Below, one piece after another: positions 8,143 through 19,331 of a stretch of 24,000 nt of DNA. Numbering within the stretch: the stretch's first letter is position 1; every line of letters begins with the position of its first letter. The position numbers were made by a program, and so were the translations under genes. The DNA is from an uncultured Actinomycetota bacterium (GTDB taxonomy: Bacteria; Actinomycetota; Actinomycetes; Mycobacteriales; Cryptosporangiaceae). The notes beneath the pieces were generated by a model. The model was not told where the DNA came from. It saw only the letters and a program-made list of their open reading frames with translations, and searched no databases. The DNA is taken from NCBI GenBank assembly GCA_963740215.1, contig CAVUDJ010000015.1, positions 477,634 through 501,633 of the forward strand, written 5' to 3'.

Positions 8143-8171
8143 TTGCCTCAAAGCATGTCCAGAAGTATAGG
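8143..8171 (+). promoter_or_regulatory. Candidate sigma-70-type promoter for the LysM membrane protein gene
   Basis: TTGCCT (8143-8148), a 17-nt spacer, then TATAGG (8166-8171). It sits in the only AT-rich stretch of the 8103-8203 divergent intergenic region. Confidence 0.35.
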
Positions 8172-8203
8172 ATGAAGACGAACTAAACGAAGGGTGTTGA
8201 ACG

Positions 8204-9135
8204 ATGCCGGCTCGTTCCTTGCGCTGCTGCGGAGTCCTTGCCGTCACGATCGGCTCGGGCGTGCTGCTGAGCGTCAGCGCGCCGCCGCCTTCTCGGTTGG
8301 CGGCGGCACTGCGCGGGCTGGTTCGTCAGCCACAGTCGACAGTGGACGCACAGGGCGTGGAATCCGTGGCGATCACTGTAGTGGCCCCGCTCGCCTGGCT
8401 CGCACTGGCGTGGCTGTGTGTCGCGGTGGTGCTCGTGGCGGGTTCTGCGGCGCCTGGGCGGCTCGGCGCTCTGGCCACAGTGGTCAGTGCGTTGGTAGTT
8501 CCGGCAGCGGCGCGTCGACTGCTCGCCACGGCACTCGGCGTCAGCCTGCTCACCGGCCTCGGGGCCACCGCCGCCAGCGCGGCACCGGTCCCGGCGTCCC
8601 CCGGGCGGTCGGCTGGCGCCGCAGCCGTCGCGACGCTGGATCTCGACTGGCCGCTCGCACCGGCCCGACCCGCGCCGACCGCCGGACCACCGACGCCAGC
8701 GCCAACCGCGACCGCTCCGCCCGGCAGACCACCATCGGGCACCTCGCCGCCCGCCGAATCGCCAACCGCATCGCCAACCGCGCCGCCGCAGGTCAGCGGG
8801 CCGCCCAGCGCCGGCCCACCCACCGCCGGGCCACCCGCCGGAGCGCCGCCCACCCCGGCCCACCCGCCGCCGGCCCACCCGCCGGGACGTCGCCCAGCGA
8901 ACCTTCGAGACCAGGCGTGCCCCGGCCCGATGACGCCACGGACGAAGAGATCGTGGTCCGGCGCGGCGACACGCTCTGGGCCATCGCCGCTCGTCACCTC
9001 GGAACCGATGCGACCGACGACGAAGTCGCCCGCGCATGGCCCCGGTGGTGGGCGGCCAACCACGCTGTCATCGGCGACGACCCCGACCGGATCCTGCCCG
9101 GGCAGCGCCTCACGCCGCCCCCGACCCAGCACTGA
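8204..9135 (+). pseudogene. Membrane-anchored Pro-rich LysM peptidoglycan-binding protein; frame changes from +2 to +1 within the Pro-rich linker (about 8800-8900)
   Basis: Frame +2 from ATG 8204 gives TM segments (VAITVVAPLAWLALAWLCVAVVLVAG, LLATALGVSLLTGLGATAASA) and a Pro/Ala/Thr linker. The LysM domain (EIVVRRGDTLWAIAARHLG...ILPGQRLTPP) is readable only in frame +1, which ends at TGA 9133-9135. Confidence 0.65.
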
Positions 9136-9150
9136 CCCCTGGAGCCTGAG

Positions 9151-9786
9151 ATGACCGCCCCGCTGCGCACCGCCGCCGTCGCCGATCCCACCGCCCAGGC
9201 AGGTCCAGGCACCCTCACGCTCGCAGGAGTGGGGACCGACGTCCGTGCGCGACTCCGCACGGCGCCGCCGCTCGAACCGCCGTACGACGACGACGCGCCA
9301 CCGCCCGTCGAGATCCGCACGCCGCGGCTGCGCATCGTCGCCGGCCTGGCCCGCCCGGACGAGTTGCCGTTCGGCCCCGCGCGATCAGGGTTGCGGGCGG
9401 TGCTGCGGCGCAGCGTCATCGACGAGGACGAGGATCCGCTGTTCGGGCACCAGGCCACACCGCGGAGCGCGCTGTCGGATCCGGGTACGTACGGCTCGCG
9501 CTTCCTTCGATCCGTCCTCGAAGTGCTCGCGCGGCGCCGTCCGCTGCAACAGCTCCTCCCATGCACCACCGAGGACGTGTACGAGGAGCTGACCGCCCAG
9601 CTCTACCGCACCAGCCTCGCGGACTGGTCCGCCGCTGCGGTGCGCACCATGCGGGTGAGTGAACCGGCCGACGGTATCGCCGAGATCACCGGAGTCGTCG
9701 CGCAGACGAGCCGGGTCCGTGCCGTCGCGCTACGGCTCGAAGGCATCGACCGCCGCTGGCGCTGCACCCACCTCACCATGCTCTAG
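9151..9786 (+). CDS. Rv3235-family Ala/Arg/Pro-rich conserved actinobacterial protein
   Basis: 211-aa ORF with a PPLEPPYDDD motif and a C-terminal VLEVLARRRPLQQL...RAVALRLEGIDRRWRCTHL segment. GGAG lies upstream of the ATG. Position convergent with secA matches Rv3235 synteny. The family name is assigned from memory, not from a search. Confidence 0.6.
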   Translation: MTAPLRTAAVADPTAQAGPGTLTLAGVGTDVRARLRTAPPLEPPYDDDAPPPVEIRTPRLRIVAGLARPDELPFGPARSGLRAVLRRSVIDEDEDPLFGHQATPRSALSDPGTYGSRFLRSVLEVLARRRPLQQLLPCTTEDVYEELTAQLYRTSLADWSAAAVRTMRVSEPADGIAEITGVVAQTSRVRAVALRLEGIDRRWRCTHLTML

Positions 9787-9788
9787 GT

Positions 9789-9808
9789 GTGCCGTCCGGG
9801 GACGGCAC
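9789..9808 (+). terminator. Hairpin immediately after the stop of the Rv3235-like gene
   Basis: GTGCCGTCC (9789-9797) pairs with GGACGGCAC (9800-9808), 3 nt after TAG 9784-9786. There is no U-tract, which is common in high-GC actinobacteria. Confidence 0.4.
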
Positions 9809-9856
9809 AGCCAGCTGCTGGGACGGCGTGGCGCGGCCCCACGCAGGAACGGCGGC

Positions 9857-9882
9857 GGGCCGCCCGGAATCCCGGACGGCCC
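9857..9882 (-). terminator. Hairpin 16 nt downstream of the secA stop
   Basis: On the minus strand, GGGCCGTCCGG-GATT-CCGGGCGGCCC forms an 11-bp stem (one G-U pair) with a 4-nt loop. There is no U-tract. Confidence 0.4.
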
Positions 9883-9898
9883 GCTCGCGTGCGAAGGC

Positions 9899-12706
<2,808 letters not shown>

Positions 12707-12865
12707 GGAATCGGTCAGCTCCCTAGGACGTCTCGTACGCCATGGTATGCGCCAGCGCGCAACGTCGACGACAGCACTCATTAGTAAACGTTCCCGGCCC
12801 CCGAGGGTTCCGGAGCGCTGGATAAATCCGGACTGGTTCCGCAGCGCATCAGGCAGGATGCGGGG

Positions 12866-13412
12866 ATGGAGCCCACCGAGATCACCGCCGGCCGGCTGCA
12901 CCTGCGTCCGTATACCGAAGCGGATATCGATGCGGTCTACGCATGTTGTCAGGATCCGGACATCCAGCGCTGGACGACTGTACCGGTTCCGTACCTCCGC
13001 GCGCACGCCGAGGAGTACGTACGCGCGCAACACCGTCGACGGCTGGCGCGCCGGCACAGGCAATTCGTTCGCCGTGGTCGACTCGGTGGAGAACACCTTG
13101 CTGGCGAGCATCGGGCTGGTCCGGTTCCAGGACGGCCGGACCATCGGCGAGGTCGGGTACTGGGTGGTACCGGAGGCTCGTGGTCAGGGTGTCGCCACCC
13201 AGGCCACCCAGGTCGTGGCGCGGTGGGCGTTCGCCGATCTCGGCCTCGCGCGCCTGGAGTGGATGGCCGAGGTCGGCAACGAGGCATCCCGACGCGTTGC
13301 CGAGAAAGCCGGCTTCACCATCGAGGGCGTGCTCCGTGACCGGCTCGCCCGCCGCGACGGAGGCCGCGCCGACGCATGGATCGCCTCGCTCCTCCCCCGG
13401 GACCTGCCATGA
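12866..13412 (+). pseudogene. GNAT-family (RimJ/RimL-like) N-acetyltransferase, copy 1; frame broken at about 13016-13024 (frame +2 to +3)
   Basis: Frame +2 gives [52 protein letters not shown]. Frame +3 gives [20 protein letters not shown]...[10 protein letters not shown]...ASRRVAEKAGFTIEGVLRD. Both halves align colinearly with the downstream paralog. Deleting one nt (for example A 13021) restores [13 protein letters not shown]. Confidence 0.7.
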
Positions 13413-13469
13413 CGCAGATCGAGACGCGGACGCAACGGCCCGGCCCGCAGCCGCAGCTCACCGACGGCG

Positions 13470-13985
13470 ATGGTGCGCCTGCGCGGCTACACCGCCGCTG
13501 ACCTCGACGCGGTCGTCGCCTCCTGCTCGGATCCGCTCACCCAGCGCTGGACCAGCGTTCCGTCGCCGTACCGGCCCGAGGACGCCGAGTTCTTCGTCTG
13601 CGAGTTCGCGCCGAGGCAGTGGAACAACGGCACCGGCGTGGTGTGGGCCGTCACGGGGCACGACGACGACACATACGCGGGCTCGATGGACCTGCGACTC
13701 TCGCGCAACGACCCGGCGCGGGCGAACGTGGGCTTCCACTGCGCACCGTGGGCACGCGGTCGCGGCTGGACGGCGGCGGCGCTGCGGCTCGCGTGCGGGT
13801 GGGGCTTCGACAAGCTCGGGCTCGCCCGGATCGAGTGGTACGCCTTCGCCGGCAACGACGCCTCGCGCCGGGTCGCGGAGAAGGCCGGGTTCGTCTTCGA
13901 GGGCGTGCAGCGCGCGAGGCTCCTCCAGCGCGGCCAGCGGCGCGACGCGTGGGTCGCGTCGCTGGTGCCGTCCGACCTGGCCTGA
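13470..13985 (+). CDS. GNAT-family (RimJ/RimL-like) N-acetyltransferase, copy 2; the native N-terminus may begin at ATG 13409 in another frame
   Basis: Contains WARGRGWTAAA and ASRRVAEKAGFVFEGVQR and is clearly paralogous to copy 1. ATG 13409 overlaps the copy-1 stop (ATGA). It reads MTQIETRTQRPGPQPQLTDGD in frame +2, up to the point where the ORF frame starts VRLRGYT. Confidence 0.8.
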   Translation: MVRLRGYTAADLDAVVASCSDPLTQRWTSVPSPYRPEDAEFFVCEFAPRQWNNGTGVVWAVTGHDDDTYAGSMDLRLSRNDPARANVGFHCAPWARGRGWTAAALRLACGWGFDKLGLARIEWYAFAGNDASRRVAEKAGFVFEGVQRARLLQRGQRRDAWVASLVPSDLA

Positions 13986-14038
13986 AAGGCGACACGCCGG
14001 CGCCGCCGCGCGTAACTCCGGAGAGATCCGAGCACAGG

Positions 14039-14076
14039 CGAAGCGGCGCCCGACTCCCGGCCGGTGCGCCGCTTCG
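14039..14076. terminator. Strong hairpin between the convergent GNAT copy 2 and hpf genes (possible bidirectional terminator)
   Basis: CGAAGCGGCGC (14039-14049) pairs with GCGCCGCTTCG (14066-14076), an 11-bp perfect stem with a 16-nt loop. On the + strand it is followed by TTCGTTCGTTC. Confidence 0.5.
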
Positions 14077-14096
14077 TTCGTTCAGAGCAGGGCTGC

Positions 14097-14705
14097 TCAG
14101 CCACCCAGGCTGATTACGCCGTAGTCGTAGCCCTTGCGCCGGTACACCACGCTCGGACGCCCGGTGTCCACGTCGCTGAACAGGAAGAAATCATGGCCGA
14201 CCAGCTCCATCTCGAAGAGGGCCTGGTCGATCGTCATCGGTTTGGCGGTGTGTTCCTTCTCCCGGACGATCCTGCCCGGAAGGTTCTCCTCCTCGATCTC
14301 GTCGAGCACCGAGACCGGCCCCCCGGACCCGTTCGCGGAGAGGCTCGCCGCGCTGGCCGCCGCGGTCGCAGCGGCGACCGAGATCGGCGTGTGGCGCCCG
14401 TGGTGAACCCGGCGACGGTCCGCAGAGCGGCTCAGCCGGGACTCCAACTTCGTGATGGCGCTGTCGAGCGCAGCGTAGAAGTCCTTCGCGCATGCTTCGC
14501 TGCGGACTACGGGACCTCGCGACTTGCAGGTGAGCTCCACCCGCTGGCACGCCGCGGACTGCCTGGGATTCCGTTCGTGGAACAGTTCGACGTCAACTCG
14601 GATCAGCTTGTGGTCGTACCGCTCGACTCGAGCGAGCTTGTCGGCTACGTGCTGCCGGTAGTGCTCGGGCACCTCAACGTTACGGCCCTTGACGACGATG
14701 TCCAC
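14097..14705 (-). CDS. hpf: Ribosome hibernation promoting factor, long form (HPF / S30AE family)
   Basis: The N-terminal YfiA/S30AE domain (DIVVKGRNVEVPEHYRQHVADKL...) is joined by a linker to the C-terminal dimerisation domain (KPMTIDQALFEMELVGHDFFLF...VVYRRKGYDYGVI). The preferred start is GTG 14705, with GGAGG upstream of it. The ORF-track start at 14717 is also a GTG. Confidence 0.9.
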   Translation of the reverse strand: MDIVVKGRNVEVPEHYRQHVADKLARVERYDHKLIRVDVELFHERNPRQSAACQRVELTCKSRGPVVRSEACAKDFYAALDSAITKLESRLSRSADRRRVHHGRHTPISVAAATAAASAASLSANGSGGPVSVLDEIEEENLPGRIVREKEHTAKPMTIDQALFEMELVGHDFFLFSDVDTGRPSVVYRRKGYDYGVISLGG

Positions 14706-15027
14706 GCGTACCTCCACGCATTTGCGATGGTGGCACCAGAGCGGTTTCCCGCCCGGTGACGACGACCGGCCAGCGCGGTCCGGGGCGGCCGGTAGGACAA
14801 CGACCTCCCTCCCCAGCGGGAACTTCCGTGGAACACGACGCTAACCCGTCCCGCGCGTTCCGTCACCCCTCGCGGCGGCCAAAATTCGGCTCTCACCGCC
14901 GCATTGGAGGTTCTTCCAGGTCAACGATGTGTCGGTCTGATTAGTGCCCGATTAACGCCTCGGCGTGGCGACACGACCGGGACAGAGCGTGACGGAAGTT
15001 GCCAATTGCAATCGTCCGTGAGCGGGA

Positions 15028-15696
15028 CTATCCGATTCGCCGCGGCGTCGCTGCCACTACCGCCGCTCGACGAACGTGCCAACCGCCTGAGTGCAAGGTC
15101 CGCGCCGCCTCGGCGAGCGTTGCGCCGGTGGTCACGACGTCGTCGACAAGGACCAACGCGGCCCCCTCCGGAGCTGCGCGGGACCGAATCCGGAACGCGC
15201 CGGCCACGTTGGCGCGCCGCTCGGCGGCGTCCAGGCCGACCGAGTCACGCCGCCGCCCGTGGATCGTGAGCAGCGGCACGACCCGGGCCCGCATACCGCG
15301 TCGGCGCACCTCCCGGACCGCGGCCGCTGCGAGCCCGCGCGCGTGATCGCCGCCGCGCGCCCGGATCGCCGCCGGAGCGGTGGGCACCGGTACCAGCCAC
15401 ACACCGTCGCCACCGGACGGGACCCCCGCGGCCAGTACCGCCGACGCGAGGCGCTCGCCGAGCGGCTCGGCGAGGGCACGCCTGCCGCGCTCCTTGTACG
15501 CGAGTATCGCCGCTCGCAGCGCGCCGTCGTAGACGCCGCCCGACCAGCACGACGGCACACCGGGCAACGACACCCGCTCGGGCGCTCCGCTGATCGCCGA
15601 CATGCAGGAAGTGCACATCGACCGGCCGGACGCACCACAAGCGACACACGTATCGGGAAGGAACAGGTCGAGGAGTTCGTCGAGAAGTCCGTTCAC
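15028..15696 (-). CDS. ComF-family phosphoribosyltransferase-domain protein
   Basis: N-terminal Cys cluster LFLPDTCVACG...CTSC and PRTase motif VLVDDVVTTGATL. Conserved position between lpqB and hpf. GTG start at 15696 was chosen from the conserved N-terminal distance to the Cys motif. The upstream part of ORF 15028..15912 has low GC3. Confidence 0.8.
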   Translation of the reverse strand: MNGLLDELLDLFLPDTCVACGASGRSMCTSCMSAISGAPERVSLPGVPSCWSGGVYDGALRAAILAYKERGRRALAEPLGERLASAVLAAGVPSGGDGVWLVPVPTAPAAIRARGGDHARGLAAAAVREVRRRGMRARVVPLLTIHGRRRDSVGLDAAERRANVAGAFRIRSRAAPEGAALVLVDDVVTTGATLAEAARTLHSGGWHVRRAAVVAATPRRIG

Positions 15697-15747
15697 AGCA
15701 CGAGGTTCCACCCGCTGCCGGCTGCGAAACCGCGGTGTACTGCGGAT

Positions 15748-15775
15748 CTGTGGACAGAAAACGCCACTGTGGACA
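15748..15775. repeat. Direct repeat CTGTGGACA x2, 19 bp start-to-start, in the lpqB / comF-like gap
   Basis: CTGTGGACA occurs at 15748-15756 and 15767-15775. The first copy extends to the near-palindrome CTGTGGACAG. The repeat lies in a lower-GC non-coding stretch. Confidence 0.6.
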
Positions 15776-15928
15776 AGCGGCGGTTCGTCCGTCCCGTGTG
15801 GTACCGCCGTCTTGAACGGATCAACTGTCGGGGTTTTGGTGGCATCGCCCGCCCGGTTAAGGGACCCGTGTCCGGACAGTCCGGTTTCGACAGCGCGCCC
15901 AGGGCGCCCCACCAGCCCACCACCCCGC

Positions 15929-17672
15929 CTACCCCGGGTAGAACGGCGCCTTCACGTCGGCGACGTCCTGGCGCGTCCAGCGAGCGCAGTCCGCGCTGGT
16001 ACAAGCCGCCACCGGACCCGACGAACGGTACCGACCCGCTCCGAGCCGATGCCGCGAGCGAGAGCGGCACGCTGGGCGGCAGCCCAGTACGGGGATCCTC
16101 GTCCGCCAGCACGCCGTCGACGCTGGCCTCGCGCACGATCGCGGATCCGCTCGATCCCTGCCCGGCCACGGCCACGGTGGCGGGCGTCGTCTCGGACCAG
16201 CCGATGTCCTGGACCTGGGCGATCGGCACCTGGACCTGTCGCAGGTCGCGGAGGACCGGCGGGCTGTCCTCGGTGGGCGGGATGTATAGCCCGACGTAGG
16301 CCCTCGCCTGCGCGCCGGTGCCGGCGACGAGCGCGAGCCGCGCGCCTTCCGGTGAGAGTCGCACCGACCGGATGCGGCCGGCCAGCCGTCCGACCACGGT
16401 CACGGGCCGGGAGTGCGCGGCCTGGTCGACACGGTGCAGCCGCCCGTCGACCGCGATCAGCACCGCGTCGCGCTGGTACCCCCACGTCGGGCGGGACAGC
16501 TCGGTGCCGGAGATGCTGGGGCTCACTCCGCGGGCGGCGTCACCGATCCAGAGCGTCTGGCGACCGCCGGCTCCCTGCTTGACCAGCGCGACGGCCGTCT
16601 CGTCGGTGGCGATCGCGGCGGAGAGGACGCCGCTGTTGGCCACGTCGCCGCCGGGTGCCGCGTCGACGCCGCCCTCACGCTCGGCGAAACGCTTCAGCGC
16701 ACCGCCGCTGACGTAGTAGAGCGGCTGCGACGGCCCATCGGCGGCGTTGTACGCGCCCCAGTGCTCAGGGCCCTGGACGGCGTCGACCTCGGGCACGGCG
16801 AGGGGCTGGCCGTTGACCTGGAGACGCACGTCCCGGTCGAAGTGGGGCTTCAACGACCACGCGACCTGGGCGGCGAACGCCCTGAGGTCGGCGGGGCGCG
16901 CGGACTCGACGTCGGGCGAGAGGTCGACGACGACGTCGTTGCGAAGGTCTTGCAGGGTGACGTTGCCACGGAGCGTGGTGTCGCGCGGCAGCGGGTTGCG
17001 GGTCACGGGTGCGAGCCACGGCGACGGTCCGCGCAGCAGCGCCTTGACGATCGGCGTGAGCAGGCTGGCGCCCGCGAGCGACCGGTCCATGAAGCGCAGC
17101 TCCGGCACGAGGACGTCGGCGGTCTCGTCGCCGCCGAGCCCGGCGAAGTAGAGCGGCACCGGCCGCATCGCCTCGCTGAAGTCGCCGTCGCGAACCAGCA
17201 CACCGGTGAGGCCGGTGTCGATCTGCCAGACACCGCGCCGGATCAGGTTGATCGTGATCGTCACGTTCTGGTTCAGCGCCTGGTAGACGCCGAAGTCGCT
17301 GACCGTACCGACGACGGTGCCCTCCAGCCGGACCGTCGCGGCCGTCTCGTTCTCGGCGAGGATCTTCGGCTCGCTGTTCAGCTTGATCCGCCGCACGTCG
17401 ACCGGTGCACGCTTCCAGGAGCCGCGGGCTCGTTCGGTGAGGAACGTGTCGCCGATGCGGTCGCGGTTCTGGGTGCTGCGGGACGCGTTGAACAACAGGT
17501 CGACGACGTCGAGCGGATCGTCGCCCTCGCGCGGGCCAACCACGTCGGCGTTGACGACCGGGTCGCCCTGGGCGAGCTTCCGGTTCGGGACGGCGATGGG
17601 GTCGCCGCTGTCCGGCACGCCGCCACACGCGGCCAGAGCCATCACGAGCAGAAGAACCAGCAACCTACGCAT
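15929..17672 (-). CDS. lpqB: Lipoprotein LpqB; the conserved C-terminus is reached only after a 1-nt frame change near 15977-15995
   Basis: Signal peptide plus lipobox MRRLLVLLLVMALAAC. The ATG overlaps the mtrB end by 8 nt. The ORF-track frame continues to 15693 through low-GC3 sequence. The adjacent frame reads WTRQDVADVKAPFYPG followed by TAG at 15929-15931; I recall a ...YPG end as typical of LpqB proteins. Confidence 0.8.
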
Positions 17673-19323
17673 TCGGCACCGTCACCCCGCTGCCGTCGAA
17701 GTGCTCGCCGTACGCCTCGGTGGTGTACTCCTCCGGCTCCAGCGGCAGCGGCGATGCCGTGAACCTGCCGCTCACCCGGGACGGCAGCGTGAGCCGGAAC
17801 TGCGCGCCGCGCCCCGGCTCGCCCCACGCCTGCAACCAGCCGCCGTGCAGACGGGCGTCCTCAAGGCTGATCGAGAGACCCAGGCCGGTGCCGCCGGTCT
17901 GCCGTGCCCGCGATGGGTCGGCGCGCCAGAACCGGTTGAACACGACCTGCGCCTCGCCCGGCTTGAGCCCGACCCCGTGGTCGCGGACGGTTACCGCAAC
18001 TGCGTCGTCGCCCTGCGCCAGCGTGACCACCACGGGTCTGCCCTCGCCGTGTTCGACCGCGTTGCCGACGAGGTTGCGCAGGATCCGCTCGACACGGCGC
18101 GAGTCGACCTCGGCCACCACCGGCACTCCCGGCAGCACGGTGCTGACCTCGACCCCGACCCGTTCGGCGAGTGAAGCAAGGCCCTCCACCACGCGACGCA
18201 CGAGCACCCGCACGTCGGTGACCTCGGGTTCGAGCACCGCGAAGCCACCGTCGTACCGGCTGATCTCCAGAAGGTCGGTGAGCAGGGACTCGAACCGGTC
18301 GACCTCGGTCTGGAGAAGCTCGGCGCTGCGCGCCACCGACGGCGAGAAGTCGTCCCGGGAGCTGTGCAGCACGTCGGCGGCCATCCGCACGGTGGTGAGC
18401 GGGGTGCGCAGCTCGTGCGACACGTCCGAAGTGAACCGCCGTTGCAGCCGGGACAAGTCCTCGAGCTGCACGATCTGGCGCTGCAGGTTGGCAGCCATCT
18501 GGTTGAACGAGTGCGCGAGCCGGGCGAGGTCGTCCTCGCCGCGGACCGTCATCCGCTCCTCCAGCAGGCCGGCGGAGAGGCGTTCGGCCGTGCGGGCGGC
18601 GAGACGCACCGGGGTGACGACCTGCCGCGTGAGGATGGCGACGATCGCAGCAAGGAGGAACAGCAGCAGCACGCCGATCGCGATGAGCGTGTTCTGGACC
18701 AGATCGACCGCCGCGACCTCGTCGTCGAGCGGGAAGAGGTAGTACAGCTGGAAGTTGCCCGCGCGGGTGTCGACAGGCGCGCCGACCACCAGGAACGGGC
18801 GCTCCGGACCGTCGGCCACGGACGTGCGCACGAACTGGTACGCCAGCAGCCGGCGCTCCAGCACCAGCGCGGAGAGCTTCGCCGGGATCTCGACGTCAGC
18901 CTGCTCGGCCGGCGACACGTACAGCGGGGAGAGCCGGGAGTTCGTCTCGGGGTCGGTGCGGATCGCGACGGCGAACCGGCCTGCGCGCGCGCCACGGGCG
19001 GACAGGTTGGCGACGACACGGCGCAGGCTGTCGGCGAGGTCCGGATCGTCCACGCCGCCGAGACTCTCCAGCTGCGCCAGGGAGTAGCTCTGGCCGTACT
19101 CGACCTCGTCCACGGCCTGCTCGCGCTTGGTCTCCACCAGCCCGTCGGCGATCCGGTCGACGAGAACCAGGCCGAGCGCCACGACGACCGTCGCGGAGAC
19201 GAGCAGCGTGGTGACCACGACCCGGAACTGCAGCGACCGCCGCCACGTCACGAGCGGCCGGGCGCCCCACGCACGCAGCACGGCGACCGCCCGCCGTCCG
19301 TACGTACGTAGTTGATCAGGCAA
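17665..19323 (-). CDS. mtrB: Sensor histidine kinase MtrB
   Basis: Two TM segments, a HAMP region, the H-box SHELRTPLT, the N-box LVGNAVEHG, and the G-boxes DHGVGL and GGTGLGLSI. TTG start at 19323 has AGGAG 5 nt upstream, overlapping the mtrA stop. Confidence 0.9.
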   Translation of the reverse strand: MPDQLRTYGRRAVAVLRAWGARPLVTWRRSLQFRVVVTTLLVSATVVVALGLVLVDRIADGLVETKREQAVDEVEYGQSYSLAQLESLGGVDDPDLADSLRRVVANLSARGARAGRFAVAIRTDPETNSRLSPLYVSPAEQADVEIPAKLSALVLERRLLAYQFVRTSVADGPERPFLVVGAPVDTRAGNFQLYYLFPLDDEVAAVDLVQNTLIAIGVLLLFLLAAIVAILTRQVVTPVRLAARTAERLSAGLLEERMTVRGEDDLARLAHSFNQMAANLQRQIVQLEDLSRLQRRFTSDVSHELRTPLTTVRMAADVLHSSRDDFSPSVARSAELLQTEVDRFESLLTDLLEISRYDGGFAVLEPEVTDVRVLVRRVVEGLASLAERVGVEVSTVLPGVPVVAEVDSRRVERILRNLVGNAVEHGEGRPVVVTLAQGDDAVAVTVRDHGVGLKPGEAQVVFNRFWRADPSRARQTGGTGLGLSISLEDARLHGGWLQAWGEPGRGAQFRLTLPSRVSGRFTASPLPLEPEEYTTEAYGEHFDGSGVTVPNA

Positions 19324-19331
19324 GACTGCTC

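Noticed and set aside
8183-9132. Minus-strand ORFs 8183..9037 and 8326..9132
   Set aside because: They are antisense to the LysM membrane protein gene. They arise from low-complexity Pro/Gly/Arg sequence created by the Pro-rich linker on the other strand.
4033-9882. Shared CCGGACGG / CCGTCCGG core in the tandem array and in both hairpins of the 9787-9898 gap, suggesting a REP-like element family
   Set aside because: In DNA this GC-rich an 8-mer of that composition is expected several times per 24 kb by chance, and it also occurs inside coding sequence (for example at the secA 3' end). One window is insufficient evidence.
12707-13144. Long N-terminal extension of the secA ORF, including the in-frame ATG at 12781
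   Set aside because: The extension has low GC3 and overlaps the divergent GNAT gene. The universally conserved SecA N-terminus begins at the GTG at 12706, which has GGGAG upstream.
12943-14124. 393-aa + ORF spanning both GNAT genes, plus the minus-strand ORFs 13487..14104 and 13651..13995
   Set aside because: They lie in alternative frames of the two GNAT genes, are Arg/Pro/Ala-rich, and show no acetyltransferase motifs.
15693-15928. C-terminal ~95 codons of the lpqB ORF and its GTGA overlap with the comF-like start
   Set aside because: This stretch uses many A/T-ending codons and has Arg-rich nonsense-like composition. The canonical APFYPG-stop is present in the neighbouring frame at 15929.
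15091-17762. + strand ORFs 15091..16299, 15602..16582 and 16413..17762
   Set aside because: They are antisense to the comF-like and lpqB genes and have shadow-ORF composition.
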